Shown piece after piece: positions 14,078 through 29,669 of a stretch of 64,000 nt of DNA. The notes under the pieces are model-generated. The model was not told where the DNA came from and did no database searches. It worked only from the letters and a program-made list of their open reading frames with translations. This DNA is from Octopus vulgaris (lineage: Eukaryota): positions 44,268,001 to 44,332,000 of the forward strand of contig OX597820.1 of the NCBI GenBank assembly GCA_951406725.2, given 5' to 3'. How positions within the stretch are numbered: the first letter of the stretch is position 1; each line of letters begins with the position of its first letter. The position numbers and the translations under genes are program-made.

Positions 14078-14362
14078 TTTTATGAGCATTACAAAATATT
14101 ATTTTAAATGTTAAATAAAATACCATAATAAAAAACGTGAAAACCAAACCATGTTTTAACTTTATTCAACTGATATATTATTCTATACACATTCACACAA
14201 ATTTGAAACAATATACATATATATATGTGTGTGTATGTATGTATGTATGTATGTATGTATGTATGTATGTATGTATGTATGTATGTATGTATGTATGTAT
14301 GTATGTATGCATGCATGTATGTATGTATGCATGAATGAATGAATGTAGATAGACAGACAGAC

Positions 14363-14440
<78 letters not shown>

Positions 14441-14496
14441 TCAGACAGACAGGCAGGCAGATCGATAGACTGAGTGACGAGTAGATAGATAGATAC

Positions 14497-14527
<31 letters not shown>

Positions 14528-14529
14528 CA

Positions 14530-14560
<31 letters not shown>

Positions 14561-15204
14561 TAGGGTTGAGAGATAGATTTTGTATTTTCATCTGGCAAGT
14601 CTGTTTATTTCCCCCAATGAAACAAACACTTGTTTTGTTTCGTTTTTTTATTTTTTTATTTAGCAATCTGTGTTTCATACTGAAACCATATACAAAGTTG
14701 TAAATCTAAAAAAACTGCAATATTCTTCATTTTATGTTGTTGTTATTTTGTTTTGTTTTCGTCATTTTCCTTGGACAGTGACCCTCCCAAAGTACAAAAA
14801 TATCTATTTCAATGCACAGTTTCACACCCAGACCCATACAAACCAAAACCCGAATATATATATATATACAAACACACACACAAACACACCTATATATTTA
14901 TTCATAGGAAGTGAGAGAGAGGAAGAGAAAGAAATATATACATTATAAATATATTTGCTTTATCGGTATTTCTATATTTCTGTGTATAAATATTTATAGA
15001 TACAAACATATCTGATTTTCAATATATACATATTATAAATGTGTTTATAATCTTAATATCACTGTCCATTTAATATTTCGTCATCAGCAACCAACTTATA
15101 GTTATTGTCGTCATAGTAACGATTTGTCGTTCTTCGATATCACGTACTTCCCAAGGCCACAGATGGCGACTGTCCAGAATCCATTCTTCGCAAGCTCTCT
15201 TCCT

Positions 15205-15323
<119 letters not shown>

Positions 15324-15451
15324 TATGTTCGTTTCTTTCTCCTCTAGATACACGGCTTTAACAAAATCTTTGTAATTGGATTTACAATCCGAAAAACAAA
15401 AGCTCCAACTGAGTTCCACCTTAAAATATCTACATGAGTACGTATGTGAAA

Positions 15452-15528
<77 letters not shown>

Positions 15529-15700
15529 TGTGTGAGTGTGTGTGTGTATAATATGTATTTGTGATCAAATGTTGATCTATTCTCTATGCCTATATATAAT
15601 ACATTGTGGGTTTATATTTTACATTCTTCTGTCCACACACATGTACATAGATACATACATACATGCACACATACACCCACATATGGAGCAAGCAAAAAGA

Positions 15701-15732
<32 letters not shown>

Positions 15733-15898
15733 ATGGAGAATTTATACAAAATGTATAAATAGAAATAGATGATGAGTAAAACACCGGCACAGTTTCGATT
15801 ACCTGTTGTTATCTGTAGATTTATTGCAGGAACTTCGTAGTAGCGGTTGGGGTGACAGTATTAATAAATTAGATGGAATGAGTAATAGATTTTATTGG

Positions 15899-15940
15899 GT
15901 ACGACACATGTTTCGATCCGCTCTGCGTCTTTTCGGGTGC
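15899..15940 (-). ncRNA. Decayed minimal hammerhead motif
   Basis: Minus strand: GCAC CCGAAAA GACGCAGAGCGGATC GAAA CATGTG TC GTAC. Two core substitutions versus CUGANGA. Confidence 0.4.
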
Positions 15941-15960
15941 ATTAATAAAAAGTCTCACTC

Positions 15961-16538
<578 letters not shown>

Positions 16539-16672
16539 CATATCTACCTCGAACCCACAAGGGTAAAAAAAACAGAGACAGAGACAGGAAGAAACAAGGA
16601 AAATACTCCTTGTATTTGAATACTATGGAAATATATTTTTTTTTAAACTTTTCATTTAATTGTTTTCCGTAC

Positions 16673-16714
16673 TTAGAGTTGAAAAAGTCTTAATGACTGA
16701 AACCGGTACTAAAA
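16673..16714 (+). ncRNA. Decayed minimal hammerhead motif
   Basis: TTGAAAA AGTC TTAAT GACT GAAA CCGG TA CTAAAA. Perfect stem II, palindromic ACCGGT, two core substitutions. Confidence 0.5.
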
Positions 16715-16797
16715 TATTTTTCAAATTATTTCAGCATTTTCTATCTTGACTTATTTTCCTTATTCATATCAACTCCTGTGTTCCTTTTCAACCTTCT

Positions 16798-16830
<33 letters not shown>

Positions 16831-16912
16831 AATATATATATGATTGATTGATTCTAGTTTCAGCTCATGAGCTGTGGCCATGCTGGGGCACCGCCATGCT
16901 GGGGCACCGCCG

Positions 16913-17070
<158 letters not shown>

Positions 17071-17099
17071 ATATATATATATTAGTTATATTATTATTT

Positions 17100-17683
17100 A
17101 ATTGAACGCCACGCAACCATTTCCTTATCTTAACCTTTTTGATGCGACTCTACTCTATACTATTTTCTGCTCATCCTTCTCTAATCACCTTTTTCTCCCC
17201 TTCACCGTTTTCTATCTTTTCTCTCCCTCTTTGTCTTTTTCTTTTTCTCGTTGCTCACACGTGACCATCGTCCATCTTTCTTTTCCTCACGTAACTATCT
17301 TTCTTTTCCAGCGCGGACGTTCTAAGGACTGGACGTCTTCTATCGCCCTTTTCTATATTTTCTTTTTTCAAAGCAAATATTTCCCTCAGCATTCACTATT
17401 TCCCCTCCTTCTGGTCTAACGACCCTCCATGCTTGTTTTCGTTCGGTTTCCTTGTATGTCTCCACTGTCCTGTTTTTGTTCCAAAGTTTGACCCTCCATA
17501 AAATCCAAAATTTTATTTTGGAAGTTATGGGAGCAACTGTTAATGAAAACTCATATTTCATTGAATGCTTGAAATGAGGAGTAGATAAACAGCCGACAAC
17601 TGATGAAGGGCCGTTCTTTGTGTTACTTGTCCTGTTTTCCAATTTTTTCTCGTCGTTTGCAGCTGGTGATGTCCTATACCCAT
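17100..17683 (+). mobile_element. Second copy of the 16080-16403 repeat family
   Basis: Shares CTGGTCTAACGACC, TTTTATTTTGGAAGTTATGGGAGCA and GAAATGAGGAGTAGATAAACAGCCGACAACTGATGAAG. The left boundary is uncertain. Confidence 0.7.
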
Positions 17684-17728
17684 ATATGCACACACACACG
17701 CACACACAAACACACACACACACACACG

Positions 17729-17784
<56 letters not shown>

Positions 17785-17839
17785 CACCACTCCTTGGATT
17801 TACAATCCGACAAATAAAATCTCGCGTGCACAAACACAC

Positions 17840-17940
<101 letters not shown>

Positions 17941-18049
17941 CGCATACATTAGACATGTGTGTGTGTCCTTGTGTGCACATGTACAGATTAAAAGATTTAA
18001 AATAGAAACTACGAGCAAGGTTTTGTTTATACATCTTTTTGCTGGCTCC

Positions 18050-18082
<33 letters not shown>

Positions 18083-20022
18083 TGTCTCAGTACATTTTGT
18101 CCGCCAAAATGGCTCCTAAAATCATATACATTATAACACATAATCATATATTCTATATCACATAGAAAATATAACACGGGAGTTGAAAGACGTTTTAAGA
18201 GCTAAATACTGAAGCTAAGAATGATAAAATTAGACGAAATTTACTTTTAACTACCTTCACTCCTCCGGTTCATCCATATGTTACAGTTTCACAAAGAAAC
18301 TACATATATTTTCATTAAACATTGTGTTTATAATCAACCCATACACGTGTTATTTTTTTTTTTTATTTTTTTTTTTTTTTTGCTATTATTTCATGACCGT
18401 CAACATTCTGACTGTTATGCAAATTATTTTCGGCAACAATATATTATTCACATTGTTCATTAGGCGATTTATTCTTCTTAATTTTGGTACTTAACAGGTA
18501 ATATTCGAGATACTTCATGAGTTTTAAGAAGGACAGCATTAAACGAGTGATCCTCACTTCCTTCAGTTGTCTGTAGTTTTCAGTAGAGTTTAAGATTTCG
18601 ACTTTATTTTAAGTGTCAGATTTCACGTTAGCCCGAAAGTCGGCAGCATATCACAAGATCAGTCAGTCTGAAGCCCGTACGAGAATATACTTAAACATCT
18701 CTTCTGTACAAGATACTTCTGGGGAGAGTTGAGATCTTGAATGTTTTGCTTGTATATATGCTGTCAGCGGTTTGGCACAAGCGTTATATAATTCTACGTT
18801 TGCTACAATACTGTAAAATTGCTTTCGCTTCTGTCTCTCAAACAGAAATATCTTTTCAGAGTGATGTTATATCGTATTTATTTCTGGACTTAAATAATAG
18901 TTTAATCTTGTCCTTTTTTTGTCTTTTAGACAGGAAAAATGGCAGTGTTCATGACCACTTTACAGAGCCTCCGAGACTGATGAAAAGGACTCCCCCGAAT
19001 GCTCGCACAGTGGTCTACGCTAAAAGTAATCATGCGCTGGATAGTGGTGTTAAACCGGCTGACGAATTAAATCTATTATCCAAGTAGAGTACAGCAGGAT
19101 TCGAAATCAGAACACAAGCAACCGTTAGAAATATCACAAGAGATCCAGTCCTACGTACTCACAGTTCCACCAATCCACCGTCCGATATTCTACCAATTCT
19201 GACAAACTGCTTACATAAATTTATTCTTAAATGTGTCTGTAGTCAACCTGCTTTACGTTTCACAGACATAGATCTGCCCACTCCACATCTACTTCAGATA
19301 TAGTTGCATTTTCAATTCAAATAGCACCTCTTCGGTGAGATATGAACTCAGATCATAAAGTATTTTGAGAAATATCGCAACGCATTTTTACGAAGATCTA
19401 ACAATTCTGCCACTCGCCAACTTACCGTATACTAAATAATTTTCTCTAAATTTCACACAAGGCCAATGATTTTGATGGGAGAGAGTAAGTCGACTAAATT
19501 GAGACCAGTGTTCAGTTGGTATTTATTTTATCGATCTCGAAAGAATGAATGTCGAAATTGAACTCAGGATGTAAAACAGGAAAAAATACTGCTAAGCATT
19601 TTTTCCAAGATGCTAACGATTCTTCCAGCTCATTGGCTTTACCATCTACTAAATGATACAACCGATAACACAGGCTCTCATTCGTATAGATATCGTCGTT
19701 TGCTTTTCCATCTGGAAACAAACGCACAAACATATATAATACAAATTCACATGAAAATATCGGGAAATAAGCAATTCCTTTCATTGTTATTTTGATGCTC
19801 AACATTTTGAGGTGTATTTCACTCTCCACCATTTTTATTTCCACTGAGGATCATGAAAAGCATATGAAACATCAGGCTAAAAGTGTCGAGCAATTTTTAT
19901 TCAAATTATTGTCTACGCATACAGATTGATATGTTCCTCCAAAATATTTAAAGGTATAACTGCATCAGCTGCATACGTGTGTGCATGCACGTATGTTTAT
20001 GTATGTATGTGCATATATGTAT

Positions 20023-20093
<71 letters not shown>

Positions 20094-20167
20094 CTGATAT
20101 AGATATAAATATAGATATAGATATATGTAGTGAGGTTCTGAGGCATACATATAAGTGCATATATATT

Positions 20168-20290
20168 CGAGGGGTGTATGAAAAGTTTTGAGCCTTCAAG
20201 GCCGTTGTGCCTTGAATTCTTGTACCTTCATCAGAAGTCTTGTACCATGTTTTGTGTTTTTGAGGAGCAAGACTTTTCATACACCCCTCG
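20168..20290. mobile_element. 123-bp mariner-type MITE
   Basis: Perfect 19-bp TIR CGAGGGGTGTATGAAAAGT, extending imperfectly to about 30 bp. TA on the right. Confidence 0.85.
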
Positions 20291-21161
20291 TACATACGTA
20301 TGCATATGTATGTATATATTTGTATATATACATATATGCATGCATGTATGTATGTATGCATGTATACGCATATATCCGTGTGTGTAAGTGTGTGCACACG
20401 CACGTGTGTGTATGCGTGTACATTAATGTTTGTGGATTTGTCTGCATGCATGTTCTTTCTCCCTACTTTCATTTCGCGCACGCGCACTCACGCATAAGCA
20501 CACACACTCACACACTCACTCGCACACACGCACACATACACATGCCCACACACACATATACGCCTTCACACTCAAATTAGGGCTTATCAAAGCCTGTTCA
20601 CTTAAAATGTAGTGTACCCCTGTTTGTGTTTGATTGAATCAGCCTCAATGCCGAAACAAATTCCATTGTCGCAGACAATGGTAACAAAGTGAACGTGAAA
20701 TTATGAAACGCCTTATGTGCGGTAGTGTTCTTCACAGTGCTTTTCAGTGTGAAAGACCTCATTAAATGACTTTATTTTCACCATTTCTACACAAATTCAT
20801 TAGCTATGAGGATTTCCAATAATACTCATTCTATTTATTCAATTTTCCTCATTCCTTGAATTTGATACGTCCTTTATACACCAGATGTTCTATGAACACC
20901 TCTTAGAATTCCTCTTTCTTTAGTCATTGCCATTTTCTTACCGTCACATACAAGACGTATTTCCTGCTGTTTTCGCTCTATACGAAGACCTTTTCTTTTT
21001 CAATTTTAACGCAAAATCCGTTTAACCATTTCATTGACATTCCACCTACTTTCATTCATTCTAAATAAACAGAGGTTTACCTGGATGAAATTAAAGGCTA
21101 TGTGATAAATATTCGAAGCCTTCTTATTTGAAATATATATATGTGTTTGTATGTTTGTATG

Positions 21162-21213
<52 letters not shown>

Positions 21214-21214
21214 C

Positions 21215-21285
<71 letters not shown>

Positions 21286-21293
21286 ATACATAC

Positions 21294-21336
<43 letters not shown>

Positions 21337-21358
21337 CATATAGGTAAGTATATATATT

Positions 21359-21409
<51 letters not shown>

Positions 21410-21661
21410 TATTACACTTTTTTTATCAACCAAAAAATTGTACCATTCAGTGATTTGAAAGTTTGTAAAACGCATTTTATATTGCATTTGATTCGAAATT
21501 CTTCCAACTCATATCTTCAGTTTTATGTACGTAAGATTACTAATAGATTTTAGGGTTTTTGGGAGGCAAAAATGGTGGATTAGCAAACTATATATTACAA
21601 CATTTGCATTCGTCCCTTTTCATGTTCGCGTTCCCCGACACAGAGTATACACCTGAATATT

Positions 21662-22129
21662 GGCGCAGGAATCGATGCGCGGTTAGGAAGCTTGCTTTCC
21701 AACCCCGTGGTTTTGGGTTCAGTCCCACTGTGCGGTTCATTGGGCAAGTGTTTTCTACTATATAGCCCCGGGCTGATCAATGCCTTATGGGTGAAATGAG
21801 TAGATCAAAACTGTTTTGAAGCCCTTCGTGTATGTGTGTCTTAATATTTCTGATTGTTAAAACGCTTGACAAAAGTGTTGGTTTGTCTACATCTCAGTAA
21901 CAATAGCGATTCGGCAAAAAAGATCGATAGAATAAGTTTCAAAAAATAATAAGTACTGGCGTAGGAGGCGTAGAAGTGGCTGTGTGGTAAGTAGCTTGCT
22001 TACCATGCACATGGTTCCGGGTTCAGTCCCACTGCGTGGCACCTTGGGCAAGAGTCTTATACTATAGCCTCGGGCCGACCAAAGCCTTGTGAGTGGATTT
22101 GGTAGACGGAAAATAAAAGAAGCCCGTCG

Positions 22130-22130
<1 letters not shown>
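21662..22130 (+). mobile_element. Old family-A SINE (21662-21960) followed by the 5' half of a younger copy (21967-22130)
   Basis: Both align to the family-A consensus. The second ends in the internal (TA)n. Confidence 0.8.
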
Positions 22131-22187
<57 letters not shown>

Positions 22188-22341
22188 GGTCCCGGGTTGA
22201 TTCGGGGTTAACCACAGTAAATAAGGTACTCAATACATAGCAGAGTAAAATTGCGCCCTGTTTCCATAACATGTTTCCTTTTCGCTGCTTTCGCGGATTC
22301 CCACGACTCTGTCACCATCCAATTCCATTATTATGAATTTG

Positions 22342-22463
<122 letters not shown>

Positions 22464-22474
22464 TATATAGAAGG

Positions 22475-22525
22475 AGCTTCTACAGGACTAGAACTGTTTC
22501 ATTCAAGAGAAATCATCAGGAAGCT
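22475..22525 (-). ncRNA. Mirror-image type I hammerhead ribozyme on the minus strand
   Basis: Exact reverse complement of 22522-22572. Predicted cut at 22481/22480. Confidence 0.8.
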
Positions 22526-22572
22526 TCCTGATGATTTCTCTTGAATGAAACAGTTCTAGTCCTGTAGAAGCT
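22522..22572 (+). ncRNA. Type I hammerhead ribozyme, core intact
   Basis: AGCTTC CTGATGA TTTC-TCTT-GAAT GAAA CAG-TTCTAGTC-CTG TA GAAGCT. Stem I is 6 bp, stem III is ACAG/CTGT, and the GUA triplet predicts a cut after 22566. Confidence 0.8.
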
Positions 22573-22583
22573 CCTTCTATATA

Positions 22584-22696
<113 letters not shown>

Positions 22697-23557
22697 CATA
22701 CATACATACATACATACATACATACATACATACATACATACATACATAAGGAAACATGTTATGGAAACAGGGCGCAATTCCGGCCTTAAGTGTTCTAGGG
22801 CTCAATTAGTCTTTTACAACAATCTCTTGCCCGCTGTCCCTGTTTCATATACAAACTCCTCAGACAATCTGTTTTTGGTTCTTGTTTTGATATTGCGTAA
22901 TAGAAAACATTCCAATGTTCTTCGGACACAGATAATAATTCAGTTTTTATTTGGGTTTTTTTAAAGTTCATTCGTTATCCTAATGATATTTTTTTTATCT
23001 TCGTGTTCACAAAATGTCATAAGATAGTTACTGAACTTGTATTCTAAGAGATGTTTCAGTCTTATAAATTCGGATCTCCTATACGTATGCACATATGTAT
23101 GTATGTATATATGTATGTATGCATGTATGTATGTATGTGTGTGTGTATGTATGTGTGCATGTATGCACGCACGTATGTATGCACGTGCGTACCTATGTAT
23201 GTATGTCGTATTTATTATGGACATATGTACGTATATACGTATGTATGTGTATGTATGCATGTATGTACGTATATACCTATATATGTATGTATGTATGCAT
23301 GTATGTATGTATGCATGTATGTATGTTTGAATTTATGTATGCATGCATACTTGTAAGTTTGTTTATACGTGCATATATACATATATATACACAAACACAT
23401 ACATATACATGCACACGAATGTACTATCACAGATATGTATGCATGCATGTGTCTTTATACATATTTGTAGATATGTGTGTGTGTGTGTGTGTTTGTGTGC
23501 GTGTATGAATGTAATGTTTGTATGTATCTATACATCCGCATCTTATATATATGTGTG

Positions 23558-23611
<54 letters not shown>

Positions 23612-23744
23612 TTCATATTTATATATACATATATATTATATATATATATGAATATGTATTTATAAATATACAGTTAGATATATATTATAGATATAGGTAT
23701 ATACATATATGTGTGTATATGTATATATATATATATACACACAC

Positions 23745-23798
<54 letters not shown>

Positions 23799-23890
23799 AT
23801 ATATATGTATATAATATATATATATATATATAGATAGATAGATTGATAGATATGGACATAGATATATATAGATATAGATGTGTGTGCATG

Positions 23891-23927
<37 letters not shown>

Positions 23928-24302
23928 GTATAATTCTTTTACTTGTTTCAGTCAATTGACAGCGACCATGCTGGAGTACTGCTTTAAATTATATATTCAG
24001 ATTGACAGTGTGTATGTGTGTGTATGTGTGGTATAAGTGTATGTGAGTATGTATGCATGCACAACAAATCCTCACACGCATAGCAGCATACAAAAATATA
24101 CATAGGTTTAGACACACGCACCTATATGCGAATAAACCTGACTATATTTATACTACTTATAGGTACACGCACAAATATACACATACGAACGGAGACCCGC
24201 AATCTCACTCCCCCAGAGGAACTAGGATAGGGATAGAGAGAGAGGAGGTGAAGTTATCCCTCTTCCGCTCCCTCTCACGCTCAATCCTTCACACACTCTC
24301 TT

Positions 24303-24357
<55 letters not shown>

Positions 24358-24364
24358 TTATATA

Positions 24365-24395
<31 letters not shown>

Positions 24396-24507
24396 TTTTA
24401 TATATATATTTATATATAGACAAATATAATTTTTACCTATATATTTATATATATATATATATATACATATATGTATAGGTATATACATATATGTATATAC
24501 ATATATG

Positions 24508-24688
<181 letters not shown>

Positions 24689-25241
24689 CATATATATACA
24701 AATGCATATGAATATCTCTTTCTCTATATGCGTGTGTGTGTGTGTGTGTGTTATGGTTATGCGTGTATATGTGTGTGCATAAGTATTCGTGTGTATGCGT
24801 TTGCGAAACTCTGCGTGTGCTGTGCGCGCGAGTGTGCAGCGTAACATACGATAATCATATGACGTTCTAGCTGAATCTATCAGACGATATTTTGAACAGA
24901 ATGTTAAAAAGTTCTTTATTAAATTATCAGTAAAGTTAAACTTTAAAATATGTATAGAACATACATCGCATAAAATATAGAAATAAATGCATGAATGCAA
25001 AAAAAAATATATATTTGAATAATTCTATTAGGAATGAGTCAAAATTAGAAATGATATTATTACAGTTTGCATACCTGCCGATGTATTTGTATATGTGTAT
25101 GTGTAAATGTATATGTATGTTGTGCGAATGTGTGTGTGCGCGCGTTAGTAATTATATGTGTGTGTTGCATGTGTGTTTGAGTCTATGTATGTATGTGTAG
25201 TTAAATGAAGATATATGGTTATATATATATATATATATATA

Positions 25242-25277
<36 letters not shown>

Positions 25278-25309
25278 TTCACACACACACTCACACCCAC
25301 ACGCACACG

Positions 25310-25432
<123 letters not shown>

Positions 25433-25675
25433 CTACATAGATATATATATATTATTATATGTACATTTATATACTTATATACGCGCGAGCACACACTGGC
25501 ACGCGCACACCACACACACACTTACACACACGAGCGCAGAAACATATGTATATAACTCTATGTGTGTGTATGTGTGTGCGTCCGTGTGTGTGTGTGTATG
25601 TGTGTGCGTCCGTGTGTGTGTGTGTATTATTATAAATATATTTAGTATAACTATATTTAGTCTAAGTATATTTAG

Positions 25676-25708
<33 letters not shown>

Positions 25709-25943
25709 CATATATATACTTGAACATATATATATATATATATATACATATATATACTTGAACATATATATGTATATATATACCTAAAAACGCGCGTGTG
25801 TGCACGCACTGACACGCACGCACACACACTAATACACACACATGCTTGTGTATACATAAGTTTCAATATAACATAATTACTAACTATATTACTAACACGC
25901 AGAAATTGTACACGGTAACAGAACAACACACACACACAAAACA

Positions 25944-25980
<37 letters not shown>

Positions 25981-26140
25981 ATACTGCGTATATATAATCG
26001 AATCCATAAATGCACACATTTTCTCACCCTGGGAGAATGAAACGCATACATATATGCATATGCATTCGTGATTATTATGCACGCATATTAGCGTATTGAA
26101 AAATGTAGTGCAGGTTCCCACTTGCATCTCTACATGCCAA

Positions 26141-26520
26141 TGCATTCTAACACTGAAGTGCATACACGGAAATGTGTGGGTGTATATAGATAGATATGGA
26201 GGCGCGATGGCCCAGTGGTTAGGGCAGCGGACTCGCGGTCGGAGGATCGCGGTTTCGATTCCCATACCGGGCGTTGTGTGTGTTTATTGAGCGAAAACAC
26301 CTAAAAGCTCCACGAGGCTCCGGCAGGGTGTGCATTCTAACACTGAAGTGCATACACGGAAATATGTGGGTGTATATAGATAGATATGGAGTCGCAATGG
26401 CCCAGTTGTTAGGGCAGCGGACTCGCGGTCGGAGGATCGCAGTTTCGATTCCCAGCCCGGGCGTTGTGTGTGTTTATTGAGCGAAAACACCTAAAAGTTC
26501 CACGAATCCGGCAGGGGGTT
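26141..26520 (+). repeat. 190-bp tandem duplication of unique flank plus SINE-C head
   Basis: TGCATTCTAACACTGAAGTGCATACACGG at 26141 and 26331, each followed by the SINE-C 5' part. Confidence 0.92.
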
Positions 26521-26689
26521 GGGGTGACGACCCCTGTTGTACTCTTTCTCCACAACTTTCTCTCACTCTCTCTTCTTGTTTCTTGAGTAACGCTGCGATG
26601 GACTGGCGTCCCGTCCACCTGGGGGGAACACATACGCCATAGAAACCGGAAAACCGGGCCCATGAGCCTGGTTAGGCTTGAAAAGGGCG
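26388..26689 (+). mobile_element. tRNA-derived SINE family C, tail type 1
   Basis: A box TGGCCCAGTTG, B box GTTTCGATTCC. Matches 58501-58803 over its full length. Confidence 0.88.
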
Positions 26690-26703
26690 ACGTTTAACGT
26701 TAT

Positions 26704-26751
<48 letters not shown>

Positions 26752-26854
26752 CGACGTTTAACGTTATATAGATAGATACATACATACATACATACATACA
26801 TACACACATACGTATGCATATTTGCTTGTGTTTGTGTATATTTCTTTTATTTAT

Positions 26855-27051
26855 TTACCTGTTTCAGTCATTTGTCTACGGTCATGCTTGGGCATCGCTT
26901 TGAAGGATTTTTAGTCGAACAAATCGACTTATTTTTGTATTGTTTATTTATTTATTTATTTTGTTAAGCCTTGTACCTATTTTATCGTTGTCTTTTTACC
27001 GATCCGCTAAGTTACGGGGGTTGTCAAGCGGTAGTGGAGACAAACAGGAAG

Positions 27052-27110
<59 letters not shown>

Positions 27111-27127
27111 TATACATACACACACAT

Positions 27128-27158
<31 letters not shown>

Positions 27159-27321
27159 CATTGGTTTTTTTTCAGTTTCCATCTACCAAATCTACTCACA
27201 AGGCTTTGGTCGGCCCGAGGCTATAGCAGAAAACACTTGAGCAAGGTCCCACGCAGTGAAACTGAACCTTAGACCATTTTGTTAGAAATCAAGCTTCTTA
27301 ACACACACCCACGCCTGCGTT
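26855..27321 (-). mobile_element. SINE family A, diverged
   Basis: Reverse complement of the family-A consensus with an expanded internal (CA)n. Confidence 0.8.
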
Positions 27322-27328
27322 TATGAGC

Positions 27329-27361
<33 letters not shown>

Positions 27362-27410
27362 CATATATACATATATACATATATACACATAATGTGTGAG
27401 TGTAAATGTA

Positions 27411-27456
<46 letters not shown>

Positions 27457-27622
27457 CATGCCAAGGACCTACTATCCTTTAAGGGATGTTTGCATTCTAG
27501 TTCTCCGGATTATACCAGTTTTCAGTGAAAACTAAATGCTTTAGTTTTACATTGGTGTATATTGGTATTCAAAATATATTAATTGGAATATCTTTGAATT
27601 TCTCCATTTTCTCCTTTTTCTC

Positions 27623-27653
<31 letters not shown>

Positions 27654-27745
27654 AATTTATAAATAAGGATAATATCGATATTTAAATATCGATCTTATTA
27701 AGTGGCCAGCATGAGAATAAATACCATACAAAGGTAATTATTATT

Positions 27746-27931
27746 TAAAACTATAAATAAGGGCATCTGAGAGATACCACCATGCTGAAATAGCAGTCAA
27801 AATCCTGACCCTAAAAACTACCTTAAATGTTCATGACGCGATATGAACATTTAAGGTGGTTTTTAGGGTCAGGATTTTGACTGCTATTTCGGCATGGTGG
27901 CATCTCTCAGATGCCCTTATTTATAGTTTTA
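27746..27931. repeat. Foldback with 89-bp arms and an 8-nt loop
   Basis: 27746-27834 versus 27843-27931, three transition mismatches. The arm and upstream flank resemble 59560-59695. Confidence 0.95.
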
Positions 27932-28374
27932 TATATATATATATGTCTCTATGTATACACGCACTCCCACATATATATACGTTGGTTTGAATTCTCACAA
28001 ACCCAGGCACCGACTCTCACATGAATGCCCCTAAGGGATTGCTCGGCCCTCCAGAAATAGCAACCTAATCTGATCGATGAAATAGGGAGCATTCAAATTA
28101 GATGATCGATCTTAAATACTCCTAATAAACGTGATGGGTAAGGTTGGAATGTCTTTCATGTTCAATCTGTTCTGTAAGTTTGAATCTTTCAATGGAACTC
28201 TCGACTGAATGACATTTATACAAGAAGGGCGATTGGCAGAACTGGTTAGAGCAATGGATACTGCAGTATTTGTTCTGACTTTTGCGTCCTGAGTTCAAAT
28301 TTACCCAAGGTCAACTTGATATTTAATTCTCCTGAGTCGAGTAAAATTTTATTGCCAGTCATGTAGTGAGTGTA

Positions 28375-28466
<92 letters not shown>

Positions 28467-29534
28467 TTTATCTCATTCAAAGTTTGTCCTACTGCGTTAT
28501 GAGACGGATGTCGTCATCATCATTGTCATCATCATCATTACCCCTATAAGAACGTCGACGACGATGATGATGACAACGACAGCGACTTAAATTGATGCTG
28601 ATGTCTTAAATCGTTTCACTGTTTTCTTTCTGAATTATATATTTATTCGTCAATTATTTTACTGCTTTAGGCTATGGACTGTGGCCACGCTGGGGCACCA
28701 CCTTAAAGAGTTTTTATTCGATAATATCGACCCCAATACAGCAACAAGGTTCCATTGAAAGATTAAAACTTACAGACCAGATCTTTGATGAAAGACATTC
28801 CAACCGTACCCATCACATTTATCGATTCTATTCGTTTGCTTCTGCGCTTTCGTAATTATATGTATGTCTATTCAAAATCTTATTGTATGAGATTATACCA
28901 TAATGGATATCGAAATAGGTATACGCCATGTCCATGTTTCTTTATCTATCCATCTATCTATCTATCTAGCTATCAAAGTGACAAAGATTTCTGCTGAAAC
29001 ATTTGAAAAACCTACATTGAACTGCAACGAACGGAGGTCAACTTTGCTATAAAGCCATAAAGAACAGCGAACTGAGCCGTCTTGAAGAACTCAAACAACT
29101 GAGAACAAAGATAAAGTCTTAAAATATTAGGTCTGCCACTTTCTTAAGTGCAGTCTGTGGACTTATCTGTAAATCGTTGGTTTGATTAAAGTTGCAAAAA
29201 GATATAGATATCAAAGCTTGAAAAAATTATTGTTTAACTCTCATACGTCGAAATGTCCTTTGTATTGCCGCTAAAATCCTGACAGGAATCTATCCAGAAT
29301 CACAATGTGTTTCAGATCAGGCGGCGGTACCATCGATACATTGTTTTCACTTTGTCAAGATGTCACGCAGTGGGACCGAACTCCAAGCCATGTGGTTTAG
29401 AAGCAAGCTTCTTATTACACAGCCCCCCCACACACACACACACACGTATGTATGTATGTGTGTGTATTTATATGTATGTATGTATATAAATATATATATC
29501 TATGTATATCTATATATGTATGTATGCATGTATG

Positions 29535-29600
<66 letters not shown>

Positions 29601-29669
29601 TGTGTGTGTATGTATGTATGTATGTATGTATGTATGTATGTATGTATGTATGTATGTATGTATGTATGT

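Larger units (their letters stand above)
12178..14168 (+). mobile_element. Penelope-like retroelement, 5'-truncated, with inverted pseudo-LTR
   Basis: 12178-12497 is the diverged reverse complement of 13448-13496 plus 13900-14168 (the right copy is split by a SINE). These repeats enclose RT-thumb and GIY-YIG fragments. Confidence 0.85.

Noticed and set aside
26201-26273. tRNA genes at the heads of families C and D (also 33051 and 48709)
   Set aside because: They continue into SINE bodies, lack a proper acceptor stem, and one has a TSD.
27767-27798. Hammerhead-like CTGAGAGA...GAAATAGCAGTC in the foldback arm
   Set aside because: The core is not CUGANGA, stem I is poor, and the motif is not conserved in the related copy at about 59630.
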